This document shows, one piece after another, positions 13,893 to 23,768 of a DNA stretch of 64,000 nt. This DNA comes from Candidatus Pampinifervens sinense (lineage in GTDB: Bacteria; Aquificota; Aquificia; Aquificales; Aquificaceae), in NCBI GenBank assembly GCA_037927135.1, contig JAXSPP010000001.1:192001-256000 (forward strand), read 5' to 3'. The translations under genes and the position numbers were made by a program. Every line of letters starts with the position of its first letter. Positions within the stretch are counted from its first letter, which is position 1. Under the pieces are notes generated by a model. That model searched no databases. It saw only the letters and a program-made list of their open reading frames with translations, and was not told the DNA's origin.

Positions 13893-13979
13893 AGATGCTT
13901 GACATGTGTGTAAAAAGTGATAAAAATATACCTATCCTCCTCTAAAAGAGGAGGAAATACTTTAAAGGAGGGTTTAGTC

Positions 13980-14510
13980 ATGAGAAACCTTTACCAAGCC
14001 ACAAGCAAAGCGGTAAGGCTCAACAGCTCAAAGGGTTTTACCCTCATTGAGCTCCTTGTAGTCATAGCCATCATAGCCATCTTGGCATCCTTGGCCATAC
14101 CGCAGTATCTCAGGTATCAAAGAAAAGCAAAGGTTAGCTCTTATGCAGAACCTATAGCAAGGGGTTGTATGATGGATATAGCGGCATTTTGTATGGAGAA
14201 TCCTACGATTGCAGGCCAGCAAACCTCTACAATAAATGCAGATGGAACAGCTACTATAAAACCAACTGCAGGTGATCCAACAACTATAACACTGAGAAAC
14301 TGCAACGATGGCGATCAGGTTTTCCCATCAGCTGGTGGAAATGTTACACTTCAAATAGTTAATGCTGGTAACTGTACAGAAGATGGTCAACCACCAAAAA
14401 ACATACAAGTAATCGCGACACTGCCACAGAATGTCGTTCCTGATTTCAGGGCCGTATGTTCTTACCCTCAAGGTCAGCAAAGCGTAAGGTGCACAGTAGA
14501 AACACAATAA
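13980..14510 (+). CDS. Type IV pilin, probable major pilin
   Basis: Prepilin site [19 protein letters not shown]; strong SD AAGGAGG at 13965-13971; followed by a terminator. Confidence 0.9.
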   Translation: MRNLYQATSKAVRLNSSKGFTLIELLVVIAIIAILASLAIPQYLRYQRKAKVSSYAEPIARGCMMDIAAFCMENPTIAGQQTSTINADGTATIKPTAGDPTTITLRNCNDGDQVFPSAGGNVTLQIVNAGNCTEDGQPPKNIQVIATLPQNVVPDFRAVCSYPQGQQSVRCTVETQ

Positions 14511-14519
14511 TATACTTAT

Positions 14520-14541
14520 AGCCCCCTCTTGGGGGGCTTTT
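14520..14541 (+). terminator. Hairpin terminator/attenuator between the two pilin genes
   Basis: AGCCCCC-TCTTG-GGGGGCT followed by TTT. Confidence 0.7.
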
Positions 14542-14544
14542 GCT

Positions 14545-14952
14545 ATGAGGAGGGGCTTTTCTCTTATAGAACTTTTGGTAGTGATTGCCATTTTGGCAGT
14601 GCTTGCCTCCATAGCTATTCCTTCCTACCTAAACTACCGAACAAAAGCTATGGTTGCATCTTATGCTCTTCCCTTGGCAAGGGCTTGTATGAACGATATA
14701 GCTTCCTATTGTAGTGCAGAAGCAAAGGATGAGACTTATAACAATCCAATAGGAGACTCAAGGTTTCCAAACTGTAGAGAAAACAATCAAGTGGCCGGTG
14801 GGAATGTAAAAATAAGTGTATTGACCACTCCTATCTGCAGTAATTCTGGCCTCTTGTCCCAAGGTGTTATAGTAGCCTACATTGAGGAATATGACAGCTA
14901 CAAAGCTTATTGCACTGTAGATGTTAGGCCTTTTAGGTGTTATATAGAGTAG
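14545..14952 (+). CDS. Second type IV pilin paralog
   Basis: [21 protein letters not shown]; shares six Cys and AGGNV with the upstream pilin. Confidence 0.88.
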   Translation: MRRGFSLIELLVVIAILAVLASIAIPSYLNYRTKAMVASYALPLARACMNDIASYCSAEAKDETYNNPIGDSRFPNCRENNQVAGGNVKISVLTTPICSNSGLLSQGVIVAYIEEYDSYKAYCTVDVRPFRCYIE

Positions 14953-15020
14953 AAAGAAGGGAAGGGGCAAAGCCCCAAAGAGGTGTGCTATGAAGGCGCA
15001 CGAGGGAAGGAGGCGCACCG
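14953..15020 (-). ncRNA. Candidate small RNA (~68 nt) with three anti-SD-like motifs
   Basis: Lies downstream of a near-consensus minus-strand promoter and ends in a GGGGC-TTT-GCCCC hairpin plus pyrimidine tract; no ATG-initiated ORF inside. Confidence 0.5.
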
Positions 15021-15026
15021 GTTGAT

Positions 15027-15055
15027 AATATAACATAAAATTCACACCATTTCAA
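15027..15055 (-). promoter_or_regulatory. Sigma70-type promoter on the minus strand
   Basis: TTGAAA-17 nt-TATATT with an extended -10 TG. Confidence 0.6.
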
Positions 15056-15121
15056 CGTGATATAAATCATATAATTTCTGTGGTAAAATTTTCTTCCCTA
15101 AAAAACTCAAGAGGTGGAAGT

Positions 15122-16384
15122 ATGAAGTGGGACAATGTGTATCCTTGGGAAGGAAAGGCAAACATACCACAGGAAGGCCAGTTTATAAAACTTAAAGAGG
15201 ACAAAAGCCTTGAGGTGCCGGACAATCCCATAATCCCTTACATTGAAGGAGATGGCATAGGTCCAGAGATCGCACCTGCCATGATACATGTGGTAAACAC
15301 GGCTGTAGAGAGGGCCTATGGAGGAAAGAGAAGAATATACTGGGTTGAACTCCTTGCGGGTGATAAGGCTGAGGAGAAAACGGGCAAGCGTATGCCAGAG
15401 GAGACCCTTGAGGTGTTAAAGACCGCCATAGTCTCCATAAAGGGACCTCTTGGCACACCAGTAGGAAAGGGTGGAAAGTCTCTTAACGCCATCCTTCGCC
15501 AGTCTATGGACTTTTATTCTGCCATAAGGCCAGTCTATTGGCTTGGACAGCCTGCACCCATACCAAACCCCGAAAGGGTCAATGTGGCCGTCTTTAGGGA
15601 AAACTCTGACGACGTTTATATGAGCATAGAATACATGCCAAGGGCGGAAAATACACAAAAGGTAAGAGAATTCTTTATAAAGGAGATGGGCGTTTCTGAG
15701 TATGCTCTTCCCGAGGATTGCGGTATAACGGTAAAGCCTATGAGTGAATACAAGACAAAAAGACACGTGAGGAAGGCCTTAAGGTGGGCTTTGGAAAACA
15801 ACAAGAAGGTGGTGGCTGTGGTAGGAAAAGGGAACATAATGAAGGCCACGGAAGGAGCCTTTATGAACTGGGCCTTTGAAGTGGCAAAGGAGCCAGAGTT
15901 TGAAGGAAGGGTTATAACGGAGGGTGAGCCAAAGGAAGGACAGGTTTTGATGGTAAGGGTTATAACAGACCAGATGTTAATGCAGTTGGTCCTAAGGCCT
16001 GAGGCTTATGATGTGATAATTACACAAAACCTTAACGGTGATTATATATCCGACCTTGCCTCTGCTTTGGTGGGTGGACCGGGCTTTGTGCCAAGCGGAA
16101 ACATAGGCGATGGCTATGCCCTCTTTGAAAGCACTCACGGAACGGCCTACGATATAGCGGGCAAAGGCATTGCCAATCCCATATCCTTGACCCTTTCCGG
16201 TGCCATGATGCTAGAGTACCTTGGATGGAAAGAGGCTGCAAACCTTATCTATCAAGCGGTAAGGAAGGCTATAGAAGACAGGCTTGGAACTCCAGACATA
16301 GCCAACGGCTTTAGAAAAATGGGCCTTGAGGCAAAGGAGCTAAGCACCTTTGACTTTGCAAAGGCTATTGCAGAGAGAATATGA
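15122..16384 (+). CDS. icd: Isocitrate dehydrogenase
   Basis: IEGDGIGPEI, KGPLGTPVG, SLNAILRQ, FRENSDD, KGNIMK, NLNGDYISD and FESTHGTA. Confidence 0.95.
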   Translation: MKWDNVYPWEGKANIPQEGQFIKLKEDKSLEVPDNPIIPYIEGDGIGPEIAPAMIHVVNTAVERAYGGKRRIYWVELLAGDKAEEKTGKRMPEETLEVLKTAIVSIKGPLGTPVGKGGKSLNAILRQSMDFYSAIRPVYWLGQPAPIPNPERVNVAVFRENSDDVYMSIEYMPRAENTQKVREFFIKEMGVSEYALPEDCGITVKPMSEYKTKRHVRKALRWALENNKKVVAVVGKGNIMKATEGAFMNWAFEVAKEPEFEGRVITEGEPKEGQVLMVRVITDQMLMQLVLRPEAYDVIITQNLNGDYISDLASALVGGPGFVPSGNIGDGYALFESTHGTAYDIAGKGIANPISLTLSGAMMLEYLGWKEAANLIYQAVRKAIEDRLGTPDIANGFRKMGLEAKELSTFDFAKAIAERI

Positions 16385-17612
16385 GTTCCTTGAACCTCTC
16401 CCCCCTTTCCTTGTAATCCCTGAACATATCAAAGGAGGCACAGGCTGGAGAAAAGAGGATAATATCTCCCGGGCTTGAAAGCTCAAAGGCTTTATTTACG
16501 GCCTCCTCCAAGCTTTGGAGAAGATAGACATCACAGCCCTTCCATGCCTTGGCTATTCTTTCCCTTGCCTCACCTATAAGCAAGCATGCTTTTGTTTTTC
16601 TTTTTACAAGGTCCCTTATACTTTCAAAATCTCCCCCCTTGTCCCTTCCGCCCGCAATAAGCACCACCCTTCCATCCTCAAAGCTCTCAAGGGCAGATTT
16701 CAAAGCGTTTACGGTGGTAGATTTAGAATCGTTATAGACCTCTCTACCCCCAAAGCTTCCAAGGTATTCCATCCTGTAAGGAAGGCCATTAAAGCTATAG
16801 AGTACCTCTTGGATTATCTCCAAAGGCACATCCATGAGCCTTGCCATGGCGCTGGCAAAGAGGGCATTCTGATAGTTGTGCTTCCCTTTTATCTTTAACC
16901 TTTCCACTTCAAAGAGAGGCTCACCAAGGAAGTAAGCCCTTCCATCTTTTATGTAGCCATCTGCACCTTCCTTAAAAAGGTAAAACTTCTTAGCCTTGTT
17001 CTCTGTAGCCCTTACCCTTTCATCAAGGCCGTTTAGTAAAAGAAAATCTTCTTCCTCTTGTCTCATAAAGATATTTCTTTTGCTCCACAGATAGTCCTCA
17101 AGGCTTTCATGCCAGTCAAGGTGGTCCTCGGAGAAGTTCAAAAAGGCACCTATATGGGGCCTAAAGCTTTTAAGGGTCTTGCCTTGAAAGGAAGATACCT
17201 CAAGCACCGCAATGCAAGAAGGGTTTCTTAGAACTATTTGAGACAAGGGAACTCCAGCATTGGCGCCCTCCTCCACATTGGCATAGTACTCTCTTAGCAT
17301 AAGGTAGGTGAGCCTTGTAGTGGTAGATTTGCCGTCGGTGCCCGTTATGGCCAAGGCTATACCCTTAAAGAACCTCCAAGCGAGCTCTAGCTCTCCTATA
17401 ACCTCTAGCCCTCTCCTTTCCGCCTCTTTCCATAAGGGATGCCTTGGTGGAATGCCGGGAGAAAGAACTACTGTGTCTACAATGTCTAAATACTCTCTGA
17501 AGTCATCACCTTTTGCATCATCACCGCTGTAGACCTCAAAGCCCTTTGCCTTCAAAAGCTCCACCGTAGACCTTCCGCTAACACCAAGGCCCCAAACAAG
17601 GAACTTTTTCAT
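16365..17612 (-). CDS. murD: UDP-MurNAc-L-Ala:D-Glu ligase
   Basis: GLGVSG, AITGTDGKSTT, EVSSFQ, NDSKST and FSPACASFD. Confidence 0.95.
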   Translation of the reverse strand: MKKFLVWGLGVSGRSTVELLKAKGFEVYSGDDAKGDDFREYLDIVDTVVLSPGIPPRHPLWKEAERRGLEVIGELELAWRFFKGIALAITGTDGKSTTTRLTYLMLREYYANVEEGANAGVPLSQIVLRNPSCIAVLEVSSFQGKTLKSFRPHIGAFLNFSEDHLDWHESLEDYLWSKRNIFMRQEEEDFLLLNGLDERVRATENKAKKFYLFKEGADGYIKDGRAYFLGEPLFEVERLKIKGKHNYQNALFASAMARLMDVPLEIIQEVLYSFNGLPYRMEYLGSFGGREVYNDSKSTTVNALKSALESFEDGRVVLIAGGRDKGGDFESIRDLVKRKTKACLLIGEARERIAKAWKGCDVYLLQSLEEAVNKAFELSSPGDIILFSPACASFDMFRDYKERGERFKELIFSLQ

Positions 17613-17614
17613 AT

Positions 17615-19381
17615 CTATAGCTCCTTATGTATTCCTTCTATATAAATCCTTTCAAGTATCCTTCTCGCTATAGGCGCTGCAGCAGAACCGCCAGAGCCAC
17701 CGTGTTCCACAAGCACACCGATTACAAAAACAGGGTCCCTGTAGGGTGCAAAGCCTATAAACCATGCATGGTCTCTAAGATGGTAGGGTAAGTTTTTCCG
17801 CCTTGCGCTATGCACGGATATTTGTGCCGTTCCTGTCTTTCCCGCTATATCCACTATGCTTGAGTAGGCGGAGGTAGCTGTGCCTTTTCTTACCACATCC
17901 CTAAGAGCTTCCCTCACCAAAGCAAAGTATTCTGGCTTTGTCCTCACCACTTTATACACACTTTTCTTTGCCTTCCATACTACATTCCCATTAGCATCCC
18001 TCTTTTCTCTTACCAATATAGGCCTATATATAACACCATCGTTCACAATTGCCATCATCATTAAAGTTTGTTCAAAAAGGGTAGCTTTCATAAAACCCTG
18101 TCCTATGGACATATTGACCGTATCACCACCATACCAAGGCTCTTTAAGCTTACTCCTTTTCCACTGTGGAGTGGGTATAAAGCCCTTTGAAAGGGGAAGG
18201 TCAAAGGGTATCTCCTCCCCGTAAGAAAAACTTCTTAAGACCCTTTCTATCTCCCTTGGGCCAAGCTTGTAATATCCATAATGGTAAAAGTAAACATCAC
18301 AGGAATCTTCTATGGCCTTGTGTAGGTTTACCCATCCATGGCCAGACCTATTCCAGCAAAGAAACTTCCTATTTCCAAGCTCAAAGCTTCCATGACATAC
18401 CACCCCTTCTTTGGGAGACACACCTTTTTCAAGGAGTGCCACGCCAAGGGCAGTCTTTATAACAGAGGCCGGTGGATATTTGGCATACAAGACTCTGTTA
18501 AAAAGAGGCTTTAGGCTGTCTTTTGAGTAAAGCTCCCACAGGTCGGAGATTTTGTTTGGATCAAAGGATGGATAGCTAAGAAGAGTTAGTACTTCACCAT
18601 TTCTTGCATCAAGGATAAGCACAGCACCAGCCTTATGCCCAGACTCTTTGAAAACTTCATAGGCTATCTTCTGTATCCTAATATCTATACTTAGCACAAG
18701 GGTATACCCCTTTTGAGGCTCCACATAGCCTATATTTCTTATCACCTTTCCTACAGCATTTACCATAACCTCCTCCGCACCTATCTTGCCCAAAAGATCT
18801 TGATCAAAGGCCTTTTCAACACCGTATAAACCTACAAGACTCTGTGTGCTTATTCTGTCTTTATATTTCTCCAGATGCTTCTCCGTAGGATAGCCCACAT
18901 AACCAATTACATGGGCGCAGTACTCTCCGTATGGATAGAACCTTGAGGGCACTGTGTTGATAAAAACTCCCGGAAGCTTATAGCTATTGTTGTAGAACTT
19001 ATCTATATCCTCTTGACTTTTCAGTTCCATAAGAAGTATAGGCTCTATACCTTTTTTCCTTTTTAAACCCTCGTAGTTAAGATCTATGCCGAACAATTCT
19101 TTAAGATTCCTTAAAACTTCCTTTAAATCCTTTTCCTCTTGAAGCTTTTGATTGTCTAAGAATAGCATATACTTTGGTGTATCCTGTGCAAGCTTTTCAC
19201 CCCTTCTGTCCAAAATATCACCTCTCTGAGGATATATTATCCTCCTCCTCACATAGTTTTTTTGAGAAAGCTCTTTATATAAACCACCCTTTATAATTTG
19301 AAGATAGAATAGCCTTATGATAACTGTAAGATACAGAAACACACCAATGATAAGCAGAAATATAAATCTTCTTCTACTCAT
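17615..19381 (-). CDS. mrdA: Penicillin-binding protein 2
   Basis: PQRGDILDR, SxxK (SVIK), SCD and KTGTAQ; sits in the mreBCD operon. Confidence 0.93.
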   Translation of the reverse strand: MSRRRFIFLLIIGVFLYLTVIIRLFYLQIIKGGLYKELSQKNYVRRRIIYPQRGDILDRRGEKLAQDTPKYMLFLDNQKLQEEKDLKEVLRNLKELFGIDLNYEGLKRKKGIEPILLMELKSQEDIDKFYNNSYKLPGVFINTVPSRFYPYGEYCAHVIGYVGYPTEKHLEKYKDRISTQSLVGLYGVEKAFDQDLLGKIGAEEVMVNAVGKVIRNIGYVEPQKGYTLVLSIDIRIQKIAYEVFKESGHKAGAVLILDARNGEVLTLLSYPSFDPNKISDLWELYSKDSLKPLFNRVLYAKYPPASVIKTALGVALLEKGVSPKEGVVCHGSFELGNRKFLCWNRSGHGWVNLHKAIEDSCDVYFYHYGYYKLGPREIERVLRSFSYGEEIPFDLPLSKGFIPTPQWKRSKLKEPWYGGDTVNMSIGQGFMKATLFEQTLMMMAIVNDGVIYRPILVREKRDANGNVVWKAKKSVYKVVRTKPEYFALVREALRDVVRKGTATSAYSSIVDIAGKTGTAQISVHSARRKNLPYHLRDHAWFIGFAPYRDPVFVIGVLVEHGGSGGSAAAPIARRILERIYIEGIHKEL

Positions 19382-19826
19382 GCTTATATACCATGTATCT
19401 TCTTATAATTAGCATAGCAAAGGTTAGTTCTATAGCAAGCCCTAGGAAAAGCAGTATAGGATCAATCCCTGCATAATACCTTAATCTAAAGAAGAACAAA
19501 ATCCATAGCTTCTCCAAGATGGATAAAAAGGCATAAACTAGAAATAAGGATACTATATTTGGAAACTCAAACCTAGCTTTAAGCAAGCTTAACACTATTG
19601 AAAAGAAAATATGACCGGAAATATGCAGACCTAATGAGTCTTGGAAAAGGTCTAAAAATAAGCCTGATAGAACCGCTTTCTTAAGAAGACACTCTTCTTC
19701 CCTTACAAGGTTTATAAAAAGATACACAAGAAGAAGGTTTGGTGCTGTAAGAAAGTTATGAAAAATTGCCAACAAGATAGAACTTTGAAAAAAGGCAATG
19801 ATGAAAGCAAAAAGGTAAAACCTCAT
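19374..19826 (-). CDS. mreD: Rod shape-determining protein MreD
   Basis: Hydrophobic protein with GLFLDL between mreC and mrdA. Confidence 0.75.
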   Translation of the reverse strand: MRFYLFAFIIAFFQSSILLAIFHNFLTAPNLLLVYLFINLVREEECLLKKAVLSGLFLDLFQDSLGLHISGHIFFSIVLSLLKARFEFPNIVSLFLVYAFLSILEKLWILFFFRLRYYAGIDPILLFLGLAIELTFAMLIIRRYMVYKHE

Positions 19827-20611
19827 AGCTTTTCCTTTATCAATATACAATAAGAGATTCTTCTTATGTCTACAGCCGGCTTTACCTCTACCCTTTTAAA
19901 AAAACCCTTATCCTCTTCCGAAATCCTACTAACTTTACCTATTGTAAAGCTTGGAATGTTGCCCAAAGGAGACCTTAAAAGAACCACATCCCCTACCTTA
20001 ATAGGATCTTCAAGGCCAACGTGCAACAAGAAGCCATAAGGATACCCTCCTTTGTATATATAGGCCTTACTGTTAGCCATCGCACTAATAGAAAAGTCCT
20101 TAGAAAAGACGGTTCTAATACGGGCTGAACTTCCATAAACTCTATCCACAATACCTATTAGCTTATCTTCATAAAAGGCTATCATACCCTCTGACAGGCC
20201 AGCATCTTGGCCTTTATTAATAAGTATAAAGGTGTCGTTGCCCGAGGGATCATAGGCTATAATACCTGCATAAACTATAGAAAGCCTTTTCACCTCTAAA
20301 GGTAGGTTTATAATCCTGCTTACTGATAGTAGATTGTTTTCACACGTGGATAACTGCACCTTATAAAGATTACATGCTTGCAGTTCCTTTTTAAGTTCTT
20401 GGTTTTCTTTACTTACGTTCACAAGAATCACATAGGTATTTATCATACTTTTTGTAAATTCAATTAAATTCCCTTTAAACTCAAAGAGGGGCTGGACCAG
20501 CGTTTTCAACGTATTATGAAAAAAACCGATATAAGGCAAGGCAGACAGGTTAACAAAGTAGATAAAAAGGCTTACAACTAAAGCAAAAAGTTGAATTAAA
20601 TACCTTTTCAT
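19823..20611 (-). CDS. mreC: Rod shape-determining protein MreC
   Basis: TM, coiled coil (ENQELKKEL), [10 protein letters not shown] and VKPAVD. Confidence 0.9.
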   Translation of the reverse strand: MKRYLIQLFALVVSLFIYFVNLSALPYIGFFHNTLKTLVQPLFEFKGNLIEFTKSMINTYVILVNVSKENQELKKELQACNLYKVQLSTCENNLLSVSRIINLPLEVKRLSIVYAGIIAYDPSGNDTFILINKGQDAGLSEGMIAFYEDKLIGIVDRVYGSSARIRTVFSKDFSISAMANSKAYIYKGGYPYGFLLHVGLEDPIKVGDVVLLRSPLGNIPSFTIGKVSRISEEDKGFFKRVEVKPAVDIRRISYCILIKEKL

Positions 20612-21639
20612 ATCATGGATACTTTCCTTATCAGCTCTATGTTATCAAGCACTTTACCAACTCCCCTTGCTACGGCAGTTATAGGATCTTCGCAATATTG
20701 CGTTTTTATACCGGTTTCCCTTTCTATCCTTACATTGAGGTTTCTAAGGAGGGATCCCCCACCGGCCAAAGTTATCCCCCTTTCTGCTATGTCAGAAGCA
20801 AGCTCTGGTGGCGTCCTTTCCAATGTTGTCCTTATGGCGTTTACTATGGAAGAAATCACATCCTCCAGCGCCTCTGTAACGTCCCTGTTGCTTATACTTA
20901 CTACCTTAGGCAATCCCGTTACATCCCTACCTTTTATCTCCATAAACCTTTCCTCTTCTTCGTATATAGCACTTCCCAACTCTATCTTCACCCTTTCTGC
21001 CGTTTGTTCCCCTATCAGAAGATGGTACTTTTTCTTCACATGCTGAATTATAGATTCGGTCATTTCATCCCCAGCAACCCTTATGGAATTGGATACAACT
21101 ATGCCAGCAAGGGATATGACAGCTATTTCCGTAGTTCCTCCACCAATGTCTACCACCATATTACCTATAGGCTCTTCTATTGGAAGGTCTGCGCCTATGG
21201 CTGCGGCCATAGGTTCTGCTATAAGATAAACCTCCCTTGCGCCAGCGCTCTTTGCTGCATCTATCACAGCCCTTTTTTCCACTTGTGTGACCCCGGAAGG
21301 CACCCCTATGACTACCCTAGGCTTTGCTCTAAAGATACTTCCCCCTATGGCCTTGTTTATGAAGTAAGAAAGCATAACCTTTGTGGCTTCAAAGTCTGTG
21401 ATTACTCCGTCTCTTAGAGGCCTTATGGTTTGTATGGTCCCAGGAGTTTTACCAAGCATTTCCTTTGCCTCTTTGCCAACTGCAAGCACTTTCCCATTCC
21501 TTACATCAATGGCCACTATGGAAGGTTCATAAAGGACTATGCCTTTGCCTTGCACATAAACAACCGTGTTGGCAGTGCCAAGGTCAATGCCTATGTTGCT
21601 AGGGATAAATCCAAAAAGGTTTGCTAATTTGCTTAACAT
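20608..21639 (-). CDS. mreB: Rod shape-determining protein MreB
   Basis: [26 protein letters not shown] and GGGSLL. Confidence 0.97.
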   Translation of the reverse strand: MLSKLANLFGFIPSNIGIDLGTANTVVYVQGKGIVLYEPSIVAIDVRNGKVLAVGKEAKEMLGKTPGTIQTIRPLRDGVITDFEATKVMLSYFINKAIGGSIFRAKPRVVIGVPSGVTQVEKRAVIDAAKSAGAREVYLIAEPMAAAIGADLPIEEPIGNMVVDIGGGTTEIAVISLAGIVVSNSIRVAGDEMTESIIQHVKKKYHLLIGEQTAERVKIELGSAIYEEEERFMEIKGRDVTGLPKVVSISNRDVTEALEDVISSIVNAIRTTLERTPPELASDIAERGITLAGGGSLLRNLNVRIERETGIKTQYCEDPITAVARGVGKVLDNIELIRKVSMI

Positions 21640-21656
21640 CCCTAATATTATAAACT

Positions 21657-23753
21657 ATGGATGCTATTTTGACTAAAAAACAGGAAGAAAAGCTTATTAA
21701 AATCCTGGGTGGGGAAGATGAGTCTATAAGAAGGGCCCTAGAATTTATAGAAGAAAAGCATGCAGGGCAGTATAGAAAGTCTGGCGAACCTTATGTGATC
21801 CATCCCATAGAAGTGGCCATAACCCTTGCAGAGCTTGGTATGGATAAAAGCACCATAATAGCTGGCCTGTTGCATGATGTTTTGGAGGATACACAAACCA
21901 CCTATGAAGAAATAAAGCAAAAGTTTGGAAAGGAAGTGGCAGACCTGGTAGAGGGTGTTACAAAGCTTAGTAAGATACACTTTAAAGACATTCAAACGCA
22001 AAAGGCGGAAAACTACAGAAAGTTAATACTTGCCTTTTCAAAGGACCTAAGGGTTATCTTTATAAAACTTGCTGACAGGCTTCACAATATGAAAACCCTT
22101 CAATGTTTTAGTAGGGAAAAACAGGTAAGGATAGCAAGGGAAACACTTGAAATATATGTGCCTATAGCCAACAGGCTTGGCCTTTGGAAAGTAAAAACGG
22201 AGCTTGAGGACCTTTGTTTTATGTATTTATATCCAAAGGAGTATGAAGAGGTAAAAAACTTTGTAGGAAAAAGCAGGAAGGACCTGGAGGACTACCTAAA
22301 AAGGTTATTTATACCAAAGCTGAAAGAAGAACTGAAAAAAGCTGGTATTGAGGCCCACATAACCTATAGGCCAAAGCACCTTTATGGAATATGGCAAAAG
22401 ACCTTACGCAAAGGTATAAGGCTTGAAGATGTGCATGATATTCTCGGGGTAAGGGTTATAGTGAATACAGTTCAAGAGTGCTACCTTGTGCTTGGCTTGG
22501 TGCATAGCATCTTTAAGCCTGTGCCAGGAAAGTTTGACGATTATATATCCTTACCTAAACCAAACCTTTACCAGTCTCTTCATACGGCGGTGATAGGTCC
22601 AAAGGGTAGGATGGTGGAGGTGCAGATAAGGACTTGGGAGATGCATGAAAGGGCTGAGAAGGGTATTGCTGCCCACTGGGCCTATAAGGAAGGAAAGATT
22701 GTAAACGATGATAACAGTATATACTCCTGGTTGAAGAGCTTGGTGGAGAGCGTGCAAGGAAGCAAAAACCCAGAAGAGCTTTTGGAGAACTTAAAGCTAG
22801 AACTCTTTTCTGAGGAAGTTTTTGTCTTCACTCCAAAGGGGGACCTGGTGGTGCTTCCAAAGGGTGCCACGCCTGTGGACTTTGCCTACTATATACATAC
22901 AGATATAGGCAATCATTGTGCGGGAGCAAAGGTAAACGGTAGGATAGTGCCGTTGAACTACAGGCTTCAAAACGGTGATATTGTGGAGATAATAACAAAC
23001 CCAAACAAAAGGCCCAATCCAGAATGGCTAAACTTTGTGGTCACTTCAAAGGCAAAAAGCAGGATAAAAGCAGTCCTCAAAGAGCTTGAAAGGGAAAGGT
23101 ATATACAGATAGGTAGGGAGAGGTTTGAGCTTTATCTTCAGAGGCTTGGTATAGATAGGGAAAGCTTCATGAAAAAGCTTATGGAGGAAGCTAAGGTTAA
23201 GGACGAGGAAGAGCTCTTCTTTCTTTTGGGTAGTGGTAGACTTCCAAAGGAGAGGATATACGCCTTATTCAGGAAAAAGGATAAGGAGAGGGGTTATGAA
23301 AGGGTTGAAGATGTCATTCATATTGATGGCCTTGGCAATGTGCTACATGGGCTTGCAGAATGTTGTAATCCCTTGCCGGGAGAAGAGGTTTACGGTGTGA
23401 TCTCAAAAGGAAGGGGTCTTATCATCCACTCAAAGGAGTGTCCGAATATAGCCTATTTGCAAAAGGTGTCTCCGGAAAAGGTCATTAAAGTCCAATGGAA
23501 CAGGGCACAAGGATTGCACACCACCAGGATAAGGATCGTGGTGAAGGATAGGGTAGGTATATTGGCTGAGGTAACATCCGCCATATCAAAGATGGGTGCC
23601 AACATAACAGAAGCCAGGACAAAGAGCTTACCCTCTGGAGAGGCCATTATGGATTTTACTATACAGGTCAAAAACTATGAAGAGTTTTTAAGGGTTTTGA
23701 GCGCTGTAAGGACTATAGAAGGTGTGGAGGATTGTCGTCGGCTCTTTTCTTAA
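21657..23753 (+). CDS. spoT: Bifunctional (p)ppGpp synthetase/hydrolase
   Basis: HD domain (LHDVLEDT), KLADRLHNM, YQSLHT, TGS and ACT domains. Confidence 0.95.
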   Translation: MDAILTKKQEEKLIKILGGEDESIRRALEFIEEKHAGQYRKSGEPYVIHPIEVAITLAELGMDKSTIIAGLLHDVLEDTQTTYEEIKQKFGKEVADLVEGVTKLSKIHFKDIQTQKAENYRKLILAFSKDLRVIFIKLADRLHNMKTLQCFSREKQVRIARETLEIYVPIANRLGLWKVKTELEDLCFMYLYPKEYEEVKNFVGKSRKDLEDYLKRLFIPKLKEELKKAGIEAHITYRPKHLYGIWQKTLRKGIRLEDVHDILGVRVIVNTVQECYLVLGLVHSIFKPVPGKFDDYISLPKPNLYQSLHTAVIGPKGRMVEVQIRTWEMHERAEKGIAAHWAYKEGKIVNDDNSIYSWLKSLVESVQGSKNPEELLENLKLELFSEEVFVFTPKGDLVVLPKGATPVDFAYYIHTDIGNHCAGAKVNGRIVPLNYRLQNGDIVEIITNPNKRPNPEWLNFVVTSKAKSRIKAVLKELERERYIQIGRERFELYLQRLGIDRESFMKKLMEEAKVKDEEELFFLLGSGRLPKERIYALFRKKDKERGYERVEDVIHIDGLGNVLHGLAECCNPLPGEEVYGVISKGRGLIIHSKECPNIAYLQKVSPEKVIKVQWNRAQGLHTTRIRIVVKDRVGILAEVTSAISKMGANITEARTKSLPSGEAIMDFTIQVKNYEEFLRVLSAVRTIEGVEDCRRLFS

Positions 23754-23768
23754 ATTAAAATAACTCCT

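Noticed and set aside
14758-15045. 95-aa minus-strand ORF as the product of the promoter at 15027-15055
   Set aside because: Its start lies inside the promoter spacer, upstream of the predicted +1, and it runs antisense into pilin 2.
20698-21417. 239-aa plus-strand ORF antisense to mreB (and the many other short shadow ORFs)
   Set aside because: Lies wholly opposite a conserved gene, has unnatural Cys/Tyr/Pro-rich composition and no motifs.
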